In this document: positions 18,802 through 27,663 of the stretch, piece after piece
Layout: every line of letters begins with the position of its first letter
Position numbering within the stretch: position 1 is the first letter of the stretch
Source: Dickeya solani IPO 2222
Lineage (GTDB): Bacteria; Pseudomonadota; Gammaproteobacteria; Enterobacterales; Enterobacteriaceae
Assembly (NCBI RefSeq): GCF_001644705.1
Contig: NZ_CP015137.1
Location: 3,360,001 to 3,392,000, forward strand
Length of the DNA: 32,000 nucleotides
Direction of reading: 5' to 3'
Notes under the pieces: generated by a model
What the model was told of the DNA's origin: nothing
The model's database searches: none
Seen by the model: only the letters and a program-made list of their open reading frames with translations
Position numbers and translations under genes: made by a program

Positions 18802-20094
18802 ATGAAGAAACTTTCCTTGTCATTAGGTTTAGGGGCGGCTGCCATGCTTCCGGCATGGGTCATGGCGGACACGCCGGCGCCTGTGGCGGACAAAGCAGAC
18901 AATGCGTTCATGATGATTTGTACCGCACTGGTGCTGTTCATGACGATTCCAGGATTGGCGCTGTTTTACGGCGGCCTGATTCGCAGCAAAAACGTGCTGT
19001 CCATGCTGACCCAGATTATGGTGGCTTTTGCGCTGGTCTGCATTCTGTGGATAATTTACGGCTACAGCGTGGCATTTAGCACGGGCAGCCCGTTCTTCGG
19101 CAGCCTGACCAATTTCATGCTGAATGGCATTGATATCAACTCTGTAAGCGGTACTTTCTACCAGTTTATCCATGTGGCTTATCAGGCGTCCTTTGCCTGC
19201 ATTACCGTGGGGCTGGTGATTGGCGCGCTGGGCGAGCGTATTCGTTTTTCTGCTGTGCTTATTTTCTCCGCACTGTGGTTCACCTTGTCTTATCTGCCGA
19301 TGACCCACATGGTATGGGGCGGCGGTTATCTGGCGGCGGACGGCGCGCTGGACTTTGCTGGCGGCACTGTGGTGCATATCAACGCCGCTGTGGCTGGCCT
19401 GGTTGGTGCGTTGCTGTTGGGCAAACGTGTCGGTTTCGGCAAAGAGGCTTTCAAGCCGCATAACCTGCCGATGGTATTCCTGGGCACCGCTATTCTGTAT
19501 ATCGGTTGGTTTGGTTTCAACGCTGGTTCTGCAGCCGCCGCCAACAACATTGCGGGCTTGGCGTTCCTGACCACCGTGGTAGCGACAGCTGCTGCGATTC
19601 TGGCCTGGGTAGTTGGCGAGTGGGTTACTCGCGGCAAACCGTCTCTGCTGGGTGCCTGTTCTGGTTGTATCGCCGGTCTGGTTGCCATTACGCCGGCCGC
19701 GGGCACTGTGGGCATTGGTGGCGCGATGGTTATCGGTTTTGCCGGTGGTTTTGCTGGCCTGTGGGGCGTGACCGTACTGAAAAAATGGCTGCGCGTCGAC
19801 GATCCGTGTGATGTATTCGGTGTGCACGGCGTATGCGGCGTCGTAGGATGTTTGCTGACCGGCGTGTTCACCGCTGCATCGCTGGGTGGTACCGGTTATG
19901 CACAGGGTGTCACCATGGCTCATCAGGTATGGGTACAGCTGTTCAGCGTGATTGTTGCCATCATATGGTCCGGTGTTGCCGCTTTCATCTCCTTCAAGGT
20001 TGCGGATATTGCTGTTGGTCTGCGCGTTCCGGAAGAACAAGAGCGTGAAGGTCTGGACGTCAACAGCCACGGCGAAAACGCGTACAACCAGTAA
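18802..20094 (+). CDS. amtB: Ammonium channel AmtB
   Basis: 430 aa. It has a signal peptide MKKLSLSLGLGAAAMLPAWVMA, then the conserved Amt core (..FYGGLIRSKNVLS.., ..DFAGGTVVHINA.., ..DDPCDVFGVHGVCGVVG..). It lies immediately after glnK. Confidence 0.97.
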   Translation: MKKLSLSLGLGAAAMLPAWVMADTPAPVADKADNAFMMICTALVLFMTIPGLALFYGGLIRSKNVLSMLTQIMVAFALVCILWIIYGYSVAFSTGSPFFGSLTNFMLNGIDINSVSGTFYQFIHVAYQASFACITVGLVIGALGERIRFSAVLIFSALWFTLSYLPMTHMVWGGGYLAADGALDFAGGTVVHINAAVAGLVGALLLGKRVGFGKEAFKPHNLPMVFLGTAILYIGWFGFNAGSAAAANNIAGLAFLTTVVATAAAILAWVVGEWVTRGKPSLLGACSGCIAGLVAITPAAGTVGIGGAMVIGFAGGFAGLWGVTVLKKWLRVDDPCDVFGVHGVCGVVGCLLTGVFTAASLGGTGYAQGVTMAHQVWVQLFSVIVAIIWSGVAAFISFKVADIAVGLRVPEEQEREGLDVNSHGENAYNQ

Positions 20095-20140
20095 TTCTGG
20101 TTCGGTAACGGATAATAACGGTTACCGTCATGCACCAAAC

Positions 20141-20173
20141 AAAAAAACCACCTTAAAAAAGGTGGTTTTTTTT
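20141..20173. terminator. Bidirectional Rho-independent terminator between amtB and tesB
   Basis: AAAAAAACCACC-TTAAAAAA-GGTGGTTTTTTTT. The A-run upstream and T-run downstream allow function on both strands. Confidence 0.8.
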
Positions 20174-20189
20174 ATGCCTGGTTCCGGGG

Positions 20190-21053
20190 CTACTGACCGT
20201 GACGCCGGATGACGCCTTCCTGCACGCTGGATGCCACCAGCACCCCTTCACGGGTATAGAACTGGCCGCGAACAAATCCGCGGGCGCCGAAGGCCGAGGG
20301 GCTTTCGACGGAATAAAGCAACCAGTCATCCAGTCGGAATGGCCGGTGGAACCACATCGCGTGGTCAATCGTCGCGACTTGCATACCTCGTTCCAGAAAC
20401 CCCACGCCATGCGGTTGCAGCGCCGTGAGCAGAAAATGACAATCGGAGGTGTAGCTGAGCAGATACTGATGGGCTCGCTCATCATCTGGCATGACGCCAT
20501 TGGCCCGGCACCATACCTGTCTGACCGGGGGCGCCGCTTCACCTTTCAACGGGTTGTGAAATTTTACCGGGCGAATCTCGATCGGCCTGTCATTGGTAAA
20601 AACCTGGCGCATAACCGGTGGGATCAGATGTTCCATACTGCGGGCGATGTCCTGCTCTGACGGCAAATCGTCGGGCGGCGTCACCTGTGGCATGTCGTTC
20701 TGGTGCTCAAAGCCGCTTTCCCGGGTCTGAAAAGAGGCGGTCATGTAAAAAATCGAACGGCCATTCTGAATGGCGCTGATGCGTCTGGTACTAAAACTGT
20801 TGCCGTCCCGCAATGTCTCCACGTCGTAGATAATCGGTTTCTGGCTGTCGCCGGGGAGCAGGAAGTAGCTGTGAAACGAGTGAATGAAGCGTTCCGCCGG
20901 CACAGTCTGCTTAGCGGCCGACAACGCCTGACCGACCACCTGACCACCAAATACCTGGCGTAACCCCAGATCCTGACTCTGGCCGCGGAACAGGCCTTCT
21001 TCCAGTTTTTCCAGATTCAATAGGTCGAGAAGATTTTGTAATGCCTGGCTCAT
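20190..21053 (-). CDS. tesB: Acyl-CoA thioesterase II
   Basis: 287 aa. [44 protein letters not shown].. is recognisably E. coli TesB. It is convergent with amtB, as in E. coli. Confidence 0.95.
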   Translation of the reverse strand: MSQALQNLLDLLNLEKLEEGLFRGQSQDLGLRQVFGGQVVGQALSAAKQTVPAERFIHSFHSYFLLPGDSQKPIIYDVETLRDGNSFSTRRISAIQNGRSIFYMTASFQTRESGFEHQNDMPQVTPPDDLPSEQDIARSMEHLIPPVMRQVFTNDRPIEIRPVKFHNPLKGEAAPPVRQVWCRANGVMPDDERAHQYLLSYTSDCHFLLTALQPHGVGFLERGMQVATIDHAMWFHRPFRLDDWLLYSVESPSAFGARGFVRGQFYTREGVLVASSVQEGVIRRHGQ

Positions 21054-21054
21054 A

Positions 21055-21094
21055 GCTCTGCCTTCGGGTTAATAGTTCTGCCTTTGGGTTAATC
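21055..21094. repeat. Tandem 20-bp duplication immediately upstream of the tesB start codon
   Basis: GCTCTGCCTTCGGGTTAATA (21055-21074) and GTTCTGCCTTTGGGTTAATC (21075-21094) are 17/20 identical. On the minus strand, unit 1 carries the tesB SD (GAAGGCAGAGCT-ATG). Confidence 0.8.
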
Positions 21095-21304
21095 GTGATT
21101 ACGCGAATGGCTCATCGTGTGCTAAAGAACGTTTCCTATCAAATTAAGACATGAAGATATTGGCAGGATCAGGGATGTTAAGGTGCTTATACGATAACTA
21201 TCGGAATTTTCCACCATAATTGTTGTGCCGGTTGGTTCATACTTCTTAACAGGTGGCGGTTTTTCTGACCGTCATCCTGATAAAATAATTAAGGAGAATG
21301 ACCT

Positions 21305-21862
21305 ATGAGATTATGGCATATCTTTGGTGGTATTACGGTATCGATCGCGCTCTCTGGGTGTGTGAATAACCATGGTGTTGCTCCTGAAGCGACTGCGCCG
21401 ACAACGGGGCAGACTCCGACCCTTTCTCAACCTGTTAGCGGCATGCCCGCTGTGACCGGCACAGTCAATATTCGCCAAAAAATCGCGTTGCCGCCGGATT
21501 CGGTGCTGACGGTGACCGTATCCGATGCGTCGATTCCGGATGTACCTTCAAAAGTGATTTCCCAGCGGGTTATCCGCACGGAAGGGCAGCAGGCGCCATT
21601 CCGGTTTGTACTGCCGTATAACCCGGCGGAAATCCGGCCGGATGCTCGTATCCTGCTTAGCGCCGCCGTCGCCATTAACCATCGGGTGGCATTGATTACC
21701 GAACATGTGATGCCGGTGGTCAGCAATGGGGTGAATAACGCCGATCTGACATTGATACCGATTCCGACGGTACCGGTGCCGGCGAAGCCCGGCGGGTTTT
21801 TGACGCCGAACGCACCGGCAGCGTCCGATGATATTTCAGATTCCTCATCACAATCATATTAG
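21305..21862 (+). CDS. ybaY: YbaY outer-membrane lipoprotein
   Basis: 185 aa. It has a signal peptide with an LSGC lipobox. The core ..VTGTVNIRQKIALPPDSVLTVTVSDASIPDVPSKVISQRVIRTEGQQAPFRFVLPYNPAEIRPDARILLSAAV.. parallels E. coli YbaY. The SD is AAGGAG. Confidence 0.92.
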   Translation: MRLWHIFGGITVSIALSGCVNNHGVAPEATAPTTGQTPTLSQPVSGMPAVTGTVNIRQKIALPPDSVLTVTVSDASIPDVPSKVISQRVIRTEGQQAPFRFVLPYNPAEIRPDARILLSAAVAINHRVALITEHVMPVVSNGVNNADLTLIPIPTVPVPAKPGGFLTPNAPAASDDISDSSSQSY

Positions 21863-21890
21863 TGTTGTTAATCGCGCTGGCGGTATCTGC

Positions 21891-22220
21891 TTACAAGAGA
21901 TCCTGCACATACCGCCAGCGAAATCTCTCCAGATCGATCTTCCCTTCCGGATTCAGTATCACGCCTTCAGATTGGAGCGCCGATTTTTGCCGCTGAAAAT
22001 CCGAACCGGTAAGCGAAATCTCTCCCTTTCGATTAATCACCCGATACCAAGGGAGCAGGCTGCCAGCGGGGAGCCCCCGTAGTATACCGCCTACCTGTCG
22101 TGCGGCTCGGGCAGAGCCGGCAAGACGTGCGACATCGCCATAAGTAACGACGCAGCCGTAAGGAATAGCGGCGATAACGTGGATGACACGCTGACGAAAG
22201 TTGTCCGCTTCGGTAATCAT
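21891..22220 (-). CDS. atl: Alkyltransferase-like protein ATL (YbaZ), DNA alkylation damage sensor
   Basis: ORF-track entry starts at a TTG at 22232. I prefer the ATG at 22220 (MITEADNFRQRV..). The motif LPWYRVINRKGEISL has Trp in place of the catalytic Cys of the Ogt/Ada PCHRV motif, which is the ATL signature. Position next to ffs is as in E. coli. Confidence 0.88.
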   Translation of the reverse strand: MITEADNFRQRVIHVIAAIPYGCVVTYGDVARLAGSARAARQVGGILRGLPAGSLLPWYRVINRKGEISLTGSDFQRQKSALQSEGVILNPEGKIDLERFRWRYVQDLL

Positions 22221-22317
22221 GGTGCGATCCAATATGTTGAAACCGGTAGAGAATGAACGGTATCAGCAGTATAAAAGCTGGCGATGAGTAAGAAAACAGC
22301 GGTTAGTCGGTGGTAAC

Positions 22318-22346
22318 TTGCAATTGCCCAGTTCATCACCGATAAT
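22318..22346 (+). promoter_or_regulatory. Candidate sigma70 promoter of ffs
   Basis: TTGCAA (22318-22323), a 17-bp spacer, then GATAAT (22341-22346). The predicted start near 22353 lies about 25 nt upstream of the mature 5' end. This is consistent with the 24-nt RNase P-processed leader I recall for E. coli p4.5S. Confidence 0.6.
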
Positions 22347-22378
22347 GCCCTCCGCTCCGCAACTGTGGGGCTGTCAAT

Positions 22379-22492
22379 GGAGGCCCCGTTGGTTCTCCCG
22401 CAACACTACCCTGCGGACCCGGTCAGGTCCGGAAGGAAGCAGCCGCAGCAGGCGACGTGTGTGCCGGGATGTAGCTGGCGGGGCCTCCACCA
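22379..22492 (+). ncRNA. ffs: 4.5S RNA (signal recognition particle RNA)
   Basis: 114 nt. GGAGGCCCCGTTGGTTCTCCCGCAAC...GGTCAGGTCCGGAAGGAAGCAGCC...GTGTGCCGGGATGTAGCTGGCGGGGCCTCCACCA aligns end to end with E. coli 4.5S RNA, including the invariant domain IV GGAA tetraloop region. The terminal helix shows compensatory changes (GGAGGCCCCG / CGGGGCCTCC versus E. coli GGGGGCUCUG / CAGGGCCCCC). Ends are uncertain by 1-2 nt. Confidence 0.95.
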
Positions 22493-22713
22493 TTTTATCC
22501 TTCTTCCGTTAGCTTCAACATTACTCTTAATATTCCCACCTGATACTTTATCAATAAAAGATACAGCGTTTTTTATACGATAAATTCGGTAAAAAGGTTT
22601 CTAATCAGAAAGGTTCGATTTAATTCTGAGGAGAGTGGCTGAATTAATAAAGGGAAATTTAAGTAATGTGTGATACTTCTTGTTACAAAGGGATCGTTAT
22701 TTTTTACAGTTCA

Positions 22714-22742
22714 TAAAAAACAAAGGCCGACAGAATATCGGC
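22714..22742 (-). terminator. Candidate Rho-independent terminator after hha
   Basis: The minus-strand RNA has GCCGA-UAUUCUG-UCGGC followed by CUUUGUUUUUU. The stem is short (5 bp). Confidence 0.5.
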
Positions 22743-22780
22743 ACAGTGTCTTTATGTATTTAAGCTGCTGTTTTTAATGC

Positions 22781-22984
22781 TTAGCGAACGTATCTCCACA
22801 CAGCAGTCGGTACTTTGTCGTAAAGCTTATTCATCGTCAGCTCTGCCAGGCGGTGATCTGCAGCTGAATAGAACATTTCAAGCTCATCGTTGGAAAGCTC
22901 GTACTTGTTTTTTTCTATAACACGCTCAAGCGTGTCGATGGTTGTGCATTTACGCAAACGCATTAAATAGTCGATTTTTTTCAT
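22781..22984 (-). CDS. hha: Hha/YmoA-family H-NS co-regulator (haemolysin expression modulator)
   Basis: 67 aa. [67 protein letters not shown] is near-identical to the E. coli Hha core and has the 67-aa YmoA-like length. The SD is AAGG. Confidence 0.95.
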   Translation of the reverse strand: MKKIDYLMRLRKCTTIDTLERVIEKNKYELSNDELEMFYSAADHRLAELTMNKLYDKVPTAVWRYVR

Positions 22985-23037
22985 AGTGACCTTGTTAATT
23001 TTCCTGGATTAAAATTAAGTATGAGACAAATTATTGC

Positions 23038-23406
23038 TTAAGTTTTTACTACCGTACAGATGCTCTTTTCTGAGAACATTCTGAATAATTGTGACTTGGA
23101 TTTTTGCCATTTCCGCAACTCGGTGTCATTGATACCGTAATTGCTGAAAAGAATATAAGTGTCGTCCAGATATTTCTCAACCCGTTCACATAGCGCCGCT
23201 TCATGCGGGTATTTTATTTTGTAGGTAACAACAAATGCCGCAATATGCTCGATAAGTTCGTTTAGTTGAAGGTTGACCGCAGAGGTCGGATCATTCACCC
23301 AGCCATGACTGCTGTCACCTAATGTCGCGATACTTTCGTCGTGCAGATTTTCACACAAGAATCTGAGTTGGGCAATATCATAATGTTGGGGTGTGTACTC
23401 ATCCAT
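23038..23406 (-). CDS. tomB: TomB (YbaJ/YmoB), Hha toxicity modulator
   Basis: 122 aa. MDEYTPQHYDIAQLRFLCENLHDESIATLGDSSHGWVNDPTSAVNLQLNELIEHIAAF..KIKYP resembles E. coli TomB (MDEYSPKRHDIAQLKFLCETLYHD...HGWVNDPTSAINLQLNELIEHIATF). It lies directly upstream of hha. The SD is GGAGGG. Confidence 0.94.
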   Translation of the reverse strand: MDEYTPQHYDIAQLRFLCENLHDESIATLGDSSHGWVNDPTSAVNLQLNELIEHIAAFVVTYKIKYPHEAALCERVEKYLDDTYILFSNYGINDTELRKWQKSKSQLFRMFSEKSICTVVKT

Positions 23407-23509
23407 TTCTATCCCTCCGTAAGCTACGATTCAGTGTCACTTAGGGCCACCACCCGGCAAGACCGGTGGTGTGATGAAGTGCAGAAGATAGAATGCCCCT
23501 CAGTATGCC

Positions 23510-23707
23510 TCAATTTCCCTTAATCTTAAGACGAACAGGGGTAACACGGTGAATGCCATAGAATGACTCGACGTCACTGTCAACGATCATTCTGAATTCA
23601 TTATAGCAAAAAAGCCAACGTTTACGGTGTGGTCGAACCAATTTTATGACGATAGCTGCCATCGGTACGGGCTGCTTCCAGTGAGCCGTGTTATATTTAT
23701 CGGCCAC
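23510..23707 (-). CDS. Doubtful 65-aa hypothetical ORF in the tomB-hha upstream region
   Basis: ORF-track entry only. It has a GTG start with no SD, several rare codons (ATA, CGA, AGA, CTT), no motif I recognise, and an internal TATAAT. More likely promoter or 5' UTR sequence of tomB-hha. Confidence 0.15.
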   Translation of the reverse strand: MADKYNTAHWKQPVPMAAIVIKLVRPHRKRWLFCYNEFRMIVDSDVESFYGIHRVTPVRLKIKGN

Positions 23708-23860
23708 TAGAACAAGTATATTTAATTTTTTTCGGCGTTAGCAAGAATCACAGTGTTAATTAATTTTTCTGGCTTGTCTTTATTTGTAAAGATTTTGATG
23801 GGGTGAAAAGTTATTTATTTTATCTTTTTGTTTTTAAAGGGGATTGATGAAGGGGTGCTG

Positions 23861-23890
23861 TAAAGGAAGGTACGGTGATGAGCACCTTCC
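23861..23890 (-). terminator. Candidate terminator after rpmJ2
   Basis: The minus-strand RNA has GGAAGGU-(12-nt loop)-ACCUUCC followed by only UUU. A 7-bp stem with a weak U tract. Confidence 0.45.
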
Positions 23891-23913
23891 GATAATTTTT
23901 GAGCAAATAATAA

Positions 23914-24057
23914 TTAGTGCTTTTTCTTTTTCCTGCCCTGTACCGCGTTGAAACGGGGGTTGCTCTTACAGATGACATAGACACGCCCGCGTCGTTTGAC
24001 CACGATACAGTCTTTGTGACGCGTTTTGGCGCTGCGAAGAGAACTTAATACCTGCAT
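23914..24057 (-). CDS. rpmJ2: Ribosomal protein L36 paralog, type B (Zn-independent; YkgO-like)
   Basis: Not in the ORF track (47 aa, below its cutoff). My translation from the ATG at 24057 is [47 protein letters not shown], with the stop at 23916-23914. It closely resembles E. coli YkgO ([41 protein letters not shown]..). It starts 15 nt after the rpmE2 stop. Confidence 0.9.
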   Translation of the reverse strand: MQVLSSLRSAKTRHKDCIVVKRRGRVYVICKSNPRFNAVQGRKKKKH

Positions 24058-24072
24058 GGATAATTCCCCAGA

Positions 24073-24324
24073 TTACGATTTCAGAAAACGGCCGAAACGC
24101 TGTTGGAAACGCGCTGCGCTACCTTCCTTGGCATATTCTTTCTGCTTGCCGGTGTAATAAGGATGGGAAGCGGAAGAAACGTCGATAGTGACGTAAGGAT
24201 AGACTTCGCCTTCTTGCTCGTAGGTTCGATCGGTTTTGATCGTGGAGCCGATTTTATAAAATACATTCTCACTGGTATCGTGGAATAGCACAGTGCGGTA
24301 GTTGGGATGGATACCCGCTTTCAT
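24073..24324 (-). CDS. rpmE2: Ribosomal protein L31 paralog, type B (Zn-independent; YkgM-like)
   Basis: 83 aa. [35 protein letters not shown]...[15 protein letters not shown] has L31 family motifs but no CxxC zinc ribbon (no Cys at all), which makes it type B. The SD is GAGG. Confidence 0.93.
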   Translation of the reverse strand: MKAGIHPNYRTVLFHDTSENVFYKIGSTIKTDRTYEQEGEVYPYVTIDVSSASHPYYTGKQKEYAKEGSAARFQQRFGRFLKS

Positions 24325-24336
24325 GATAACCTCATT

Positions 24337-24351
24337 TGTTATGTTATAACA
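24337..24351. promoter_or_regulatory. Zur box upstream of rpmE2-rpmJ2
   Basis: TGTTATGTTATAACA is a full match to the gammaproteobacterial Zur core TGTTAT-DN-TATAACA. It sits 13 nt upstream of the rpmE2 ATG, the expected place for a Zur-repressed ykgM-type operon. Confidence 0.75.
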
Positions 24352-24450
24352 TATCTATATTGTGCGCTTTTTTGGCGAGATGATCAACGTTACGATTTGC
24401 AGGGAGATCGCGGGGCAGCAGAATAGGAAAGTGCGCGTCAGGCTTGCTAC

Positions 24451-24482
24451 CTAAAAAGAAAAAGGCCGCATAAGCGGCCTTT
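24451..24482 (-). terminator. Rho-independent terminator after acrB
   Basis: The minus-strand RNA has AAGGCCGC-UUAU-GCGGCCUU followed by UUUUCUUUUU. Confidence 0.8.
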
Positions 24483-24500
24483 TAGAAGCAATATAACGCG

Positions 24501-27500
24501 TTAGTGACTGGTCTGAGAGTGCTCGTGATGTGAGTCGTCCGCTTCTTTTTTCTTGCCGAAGCGGCGGCGTACCACCACAAAGAACACCGGCACGAAGTAG
24601 ATAGCCAGTACGGTAGCGGTGATCATCCCGCCCATTACACCGGTACCGACCGCGTTCTGTGCGCCGGAGCCAGCGCCGGTACTGATTACCAGCGGTACTA
24701 CGCCTAGAATGAACGCCAGCGATGTCATCAGAATGGGGCGCAGACGCATACGCACAGCATCCAACGTCGCTTCCACCAGACCTTTCCCTTCTTTCTCCAT
24801 CAAGTCCTTGGCAAACTCGACGATAAGAATGGCGTTCTTGGCGGACAAGCCAATGGTTGTCAGCAGACCAACCTTAAAGTAGACATCGTTTTCCAGTCCG
24901 CGCAGGCCGGCGGCCATCACTGCACCAAACACACCCAGCGGTACGACCAGCATAACGGAGAAGGGGATTGACCAGCTTTCATACAACGCTGCCAGACACA
25001 GGAACACCACGATGGCGGAGATAATGATCAACGCCGGTGCCTGGTTACCGGCCAGCCGTTCCTGATAGGACATACCGGTCCAGTCGAATCCGATTCCCGG
25101 CGGTAATTGCGCCGCCAGTTCTTCCATTAGCGCCATAGCTTCACCGGTACTCTTGCCGGGGGCTGCTTCACCCACCAGCTCGACTGCCGGCAGGCCATTG
25201 TAACGTTCCAGACGCGGCGAGCCGTATTCCCAGCGCTCGGAAGCGAAAGCCGAGAAGGGGACCATCTGGCCGGAAGTGCCGCGGACGTACCATTTCTGGA
25301 TATCGTTAGGTAGCATACGGAATTTGGCTTCAGCCTGAACGTATACTTTTTTCACCCTGCCGCGGTCAATAAAGTCATTGACGTAGGTTCCCCCCAGTGC
25401 GGTGGACAGCGTGGCGTTGATGGTGGCAATCGATACCCCGAGTGATTCCGCTTTTTCCTGATCGATCTCAAGCCGGTATTGCGGCATGTCTTCCATCCCG
25501 TTGGGACGAACACGTACCAGCGTATCCGGATGTTGCGCGATCATTCCCAGCAACTGGTTACGGGCGGCCATCAGCTTATCGTGACCAAGGTTGTTCTGAT
25601 CGATCAATTCAAAGTCAAAACCACTGGCGGTACCCAGCTCGACGATCGCCGGTATATTAAAGGGGATGACCATCGCTTCTTTGATTTGCGAGAAGGCACC
25701 AAAGGCGCGGCCGATAATGGCGTTGACCTTGTTGGCTGCGCCTGTTCGTTCATCCCAGTTTTTCAGGCTGGCGAAGGCGATCCCCATGTTCTGACCACGA
25801 CCGGCGAAACCGAAGCCGTTAACGGTAAAGACCGAGTTCACGTTGTCTTTTTCGTGTTGCAGATAGTAATCGTTCACCTGATCAAGCACATTCTGGGTGC
25901 TCTCCTGGGTCGCGCCTACCGGCAACTGTACCATCGTCAACAAGACGCCCTGGTCTTCCTGCGGCAGGAAGGAGCTTGGCAGGCGGGTAAACATCAGGCC
26001 CAGACCGGCCACGACAACCAGATATACCACCACATAGCGGCCGGTACTACGCAGGATATTGGCAACGCTGTTGGTATAATGATTGGTGCTCTTATCGAAA
26101 AGACGGTTGAACCAGCCGAAGAAGCCTTTTTTCTCGCCATGGTTGGCGATCGGTTTCAGGATGGTTGCACACAGCGCCGGCGTCAGGATCAACGCAACCA
26201 GCACCGACAGCACCATTGAGGACACGATGGTAACGGAGAACTGGCGGTAGATGGCACCGGTCGAACCGCCGGAAAACGCCATCGGTACGAATACCGCGGA
26301 CAGCACCAGCGCTATACCAACCAGCGCGCCCTGAATCTGCCCCATGGATTTGCGAGTGGCTTCCTTGGGCGATAGCCCCTCTTCCGCCATCACGCGTTCC
26401 ACGTTTTCCACCACGACGATGGCGTCGTCCACCAATAGGCCGATGGCTAGCACCATGGCGAACATGGTCAGGGTGTTAATTGAATAGCCAAAGGCGGACA
26501 GAATGGAGAATGTCCCCAGCAACACCACCGGCACCGCGATAGTGGGAATCAGCGTGGCGCGGAAGTTCTGCAGGAACAGATACATCACCACGAACACCAG
26601 CACGATGGCTTCAAGCAGGGTTTTCACCACCTCGTAAATGGAGATTTGTACGAACGGTGTGGTGTCATACGGATAAACCACTTTCAGCCCGGCCGGGAAG
26701 GTCGACTGCAATTTGGCGATTTCCGCTTTTACCGCTGAAGCGGTATCCAGCGCGTTAGCGCCGGTGGCAAGCTTAATACCCAGACCGGCAGCCGGACGAC
26801 CGTTATAGCGGGCGATGACGCTGTAGCTTTCGCCGCCAAGTTCGATGCGGGCCACGTTATTCAGGCGGACCTGTGAACCGTCCGGATTCACTTTGAGCAG
26901 AATATTGCCGAACTGCTCCGGCGAATTCAGCCGGGTTTGCGCAATAATTGACGCATTCAGCTTTTGACCGGGAACCGGCGGCGTGCCGCCAAGCTGACCG
27001 GCGGCGATTTGGTTGTTCTGCACCTGAATCGCCGAGACCACATCGCTGGTGGTGAGCTGGTAATTGTTCAGTTTGTCCGGATCGAGCCAGATACGCATGG
27101 CGTACTGGGCGCCGAACAACTGGGTATCACCCACCCCGCGTACGCGGCTGATCGGGTCTTTGATGCTGGCACCGACGAAGTCCGCGATGTCCTGCTGGGT
27201 CATGTTGTTATCATCGCTGATAAAACCGAGCACCATCAGGAAGCTGCTGCTGGACTTCTGCACGCTAACGCCTTGCTGCTGCACTTCCTGCGGCAGCAAC
27301 GGCATCGCCAGTTGCAGTTTGTTCTGTACCTGCACCTGCGCAATATCCGGGTTGGCATCGGCATCGAACGTCAGCGTGATCTGCACGGTGCCTGACGAGT
27401 CACTGTTGGAAGACATATACAGTAACTTGTCGATCCCGTTCATGTTCTGTTCGATTACCTGCGTCACGGTATCTTGCAGGGTTTTCGCATCAGCGCCCGG

Positions 27501-27647
27501 GTAGTTTGCGGTAATCTGAACCGCGGGCGGCGCGATGGTTGGGTACTGCGCTATAGGCAACTTCAGGATTGCCAGTGTCCCGGTGAGCATCACCATGATG
27601 GCGATGACCCAGGCAAAAATCGGGCGATCTATGAAAAACTTGGCCAT
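24501..27647 (-). CDS. acrB: RND multidrug efflux pump inner-membrane transporter AcrB
   Basis: 1048 aa. [56 protein letters not shown].. is the canonical AcrB N-terminus. Length and the acrA-acrB arrangement are conserved. The SD is AGGAG. Confidence 0.97.
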   Translation of the reverse strand: MAKFFIDRPIFAWVIAIMVMLTGTLAILKLPIAQYPTIAPPAVQITANYPGADAKTLQDTVTQVIEQNMNGIDKLLYMSSNSDSSGTVQITLTFDADANPDIAQVQVQNKLQLAMPLLPQEVQQQGVSVQKSSSSFLMVLGFISDDNNMTQQDIADFVGASIKDPISRVRGVGDTQLFGAQYAMRIWLDPDKLNNYQLTTSDVVSAIQVQNNQIAAGQLGGTPPVPGQKLNASIIAQTRLNSPEQFGNILLKVNPDGSQVRLNNVARIELGGESYSVIARYNGRPAAGLGIKLATGANALDTASAVKAEIAKLQSTFPAGLKVVYPYDTTPFVQISIYEVVKTLLEAIVLVFVVMYLFLQNFRATLIPTIAVPVVLLGTFSILSAFGYSINTLTMFAMVLAIGLLVDDAIVVVENVERVMAEEGLSPKEATRKSMGQIQGALVGIALVLSAVFVPMAFSGGSTGAIYRQFSVTIVSSMVLSVLVALILTPALCATILKPIANHGEKKGFFGWFNRLFDKSTNHYTNSVANILRSTGRYVVVYLVVVAGLGLMFTRLPSSFLPQEDQGVLLTMVQLPVGATQESTQNVLDQVNDYYLQHEKDNVNSVFTVNGFGFAGRGQNMGIAFASLKNWDERTGAANKVNAIIGRAFGAFSQIKEAMVIPFNIPAIVELGTASGFDFELIDQNNLGHDKLMAARNQLLGMIAQHPDTLVRVRPNGMEDMPQYRLEIDQEKAESLGVSIATINATLSTALGGTYVNDFIDRGRVKKVYVQAEAKFRMLPNDIQKWYVRGTSGQMVPFSAFASERWEYGSPRLERYNGLPAVELVGEAAPGKSTGEAMALMEELAAQLPPGIGFDWTGMSYQERLAGNQAPALIIISAIVVFLCLAALYESWSIPFSVMLVVPLGVFGAVMAAGLRGLENDVYFKVGLLTTIGLSAKNAILIVEFAKDLMEKEGKGLVEATLDAVRMRLRPILMTSLAFILGVVPLVISTGAGSGAQNAVGTGVMGGMITATVLAIYFVPVFFVVVRRRFGKKKEADDSHHEHSQTSH

Positions 27648-27663
27648 GGATTACCGGCTCCTG

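Noticed and set aside
18791-18805. 4-codon mini-ORF ATG-AAG-AAA-AAA-TGA whose stop overlaps the amtB ATG
   Set aside because: It is too short to evaluate. It arises from the A-rich amtB initiation region, and I have no evidence that it is translated.
22318-22583. 64-aa and 72-aa plus-strand ORFs
   Set aside because: They read straight through the 4.5S RNA gene and its promoter. The RNA identity is far better supported.
23847-23951. 34-codon plus-strand ORF ([34 protein letters not shown]) with an AAAGGGG SD-like sequence
   Set aside because: It overlaps the rpmJ2 terminator hairpin and the 3' end of rpmJ2 in antisense. I recognise no motif. It is most likely a chance ORF in AT-rich DNA.
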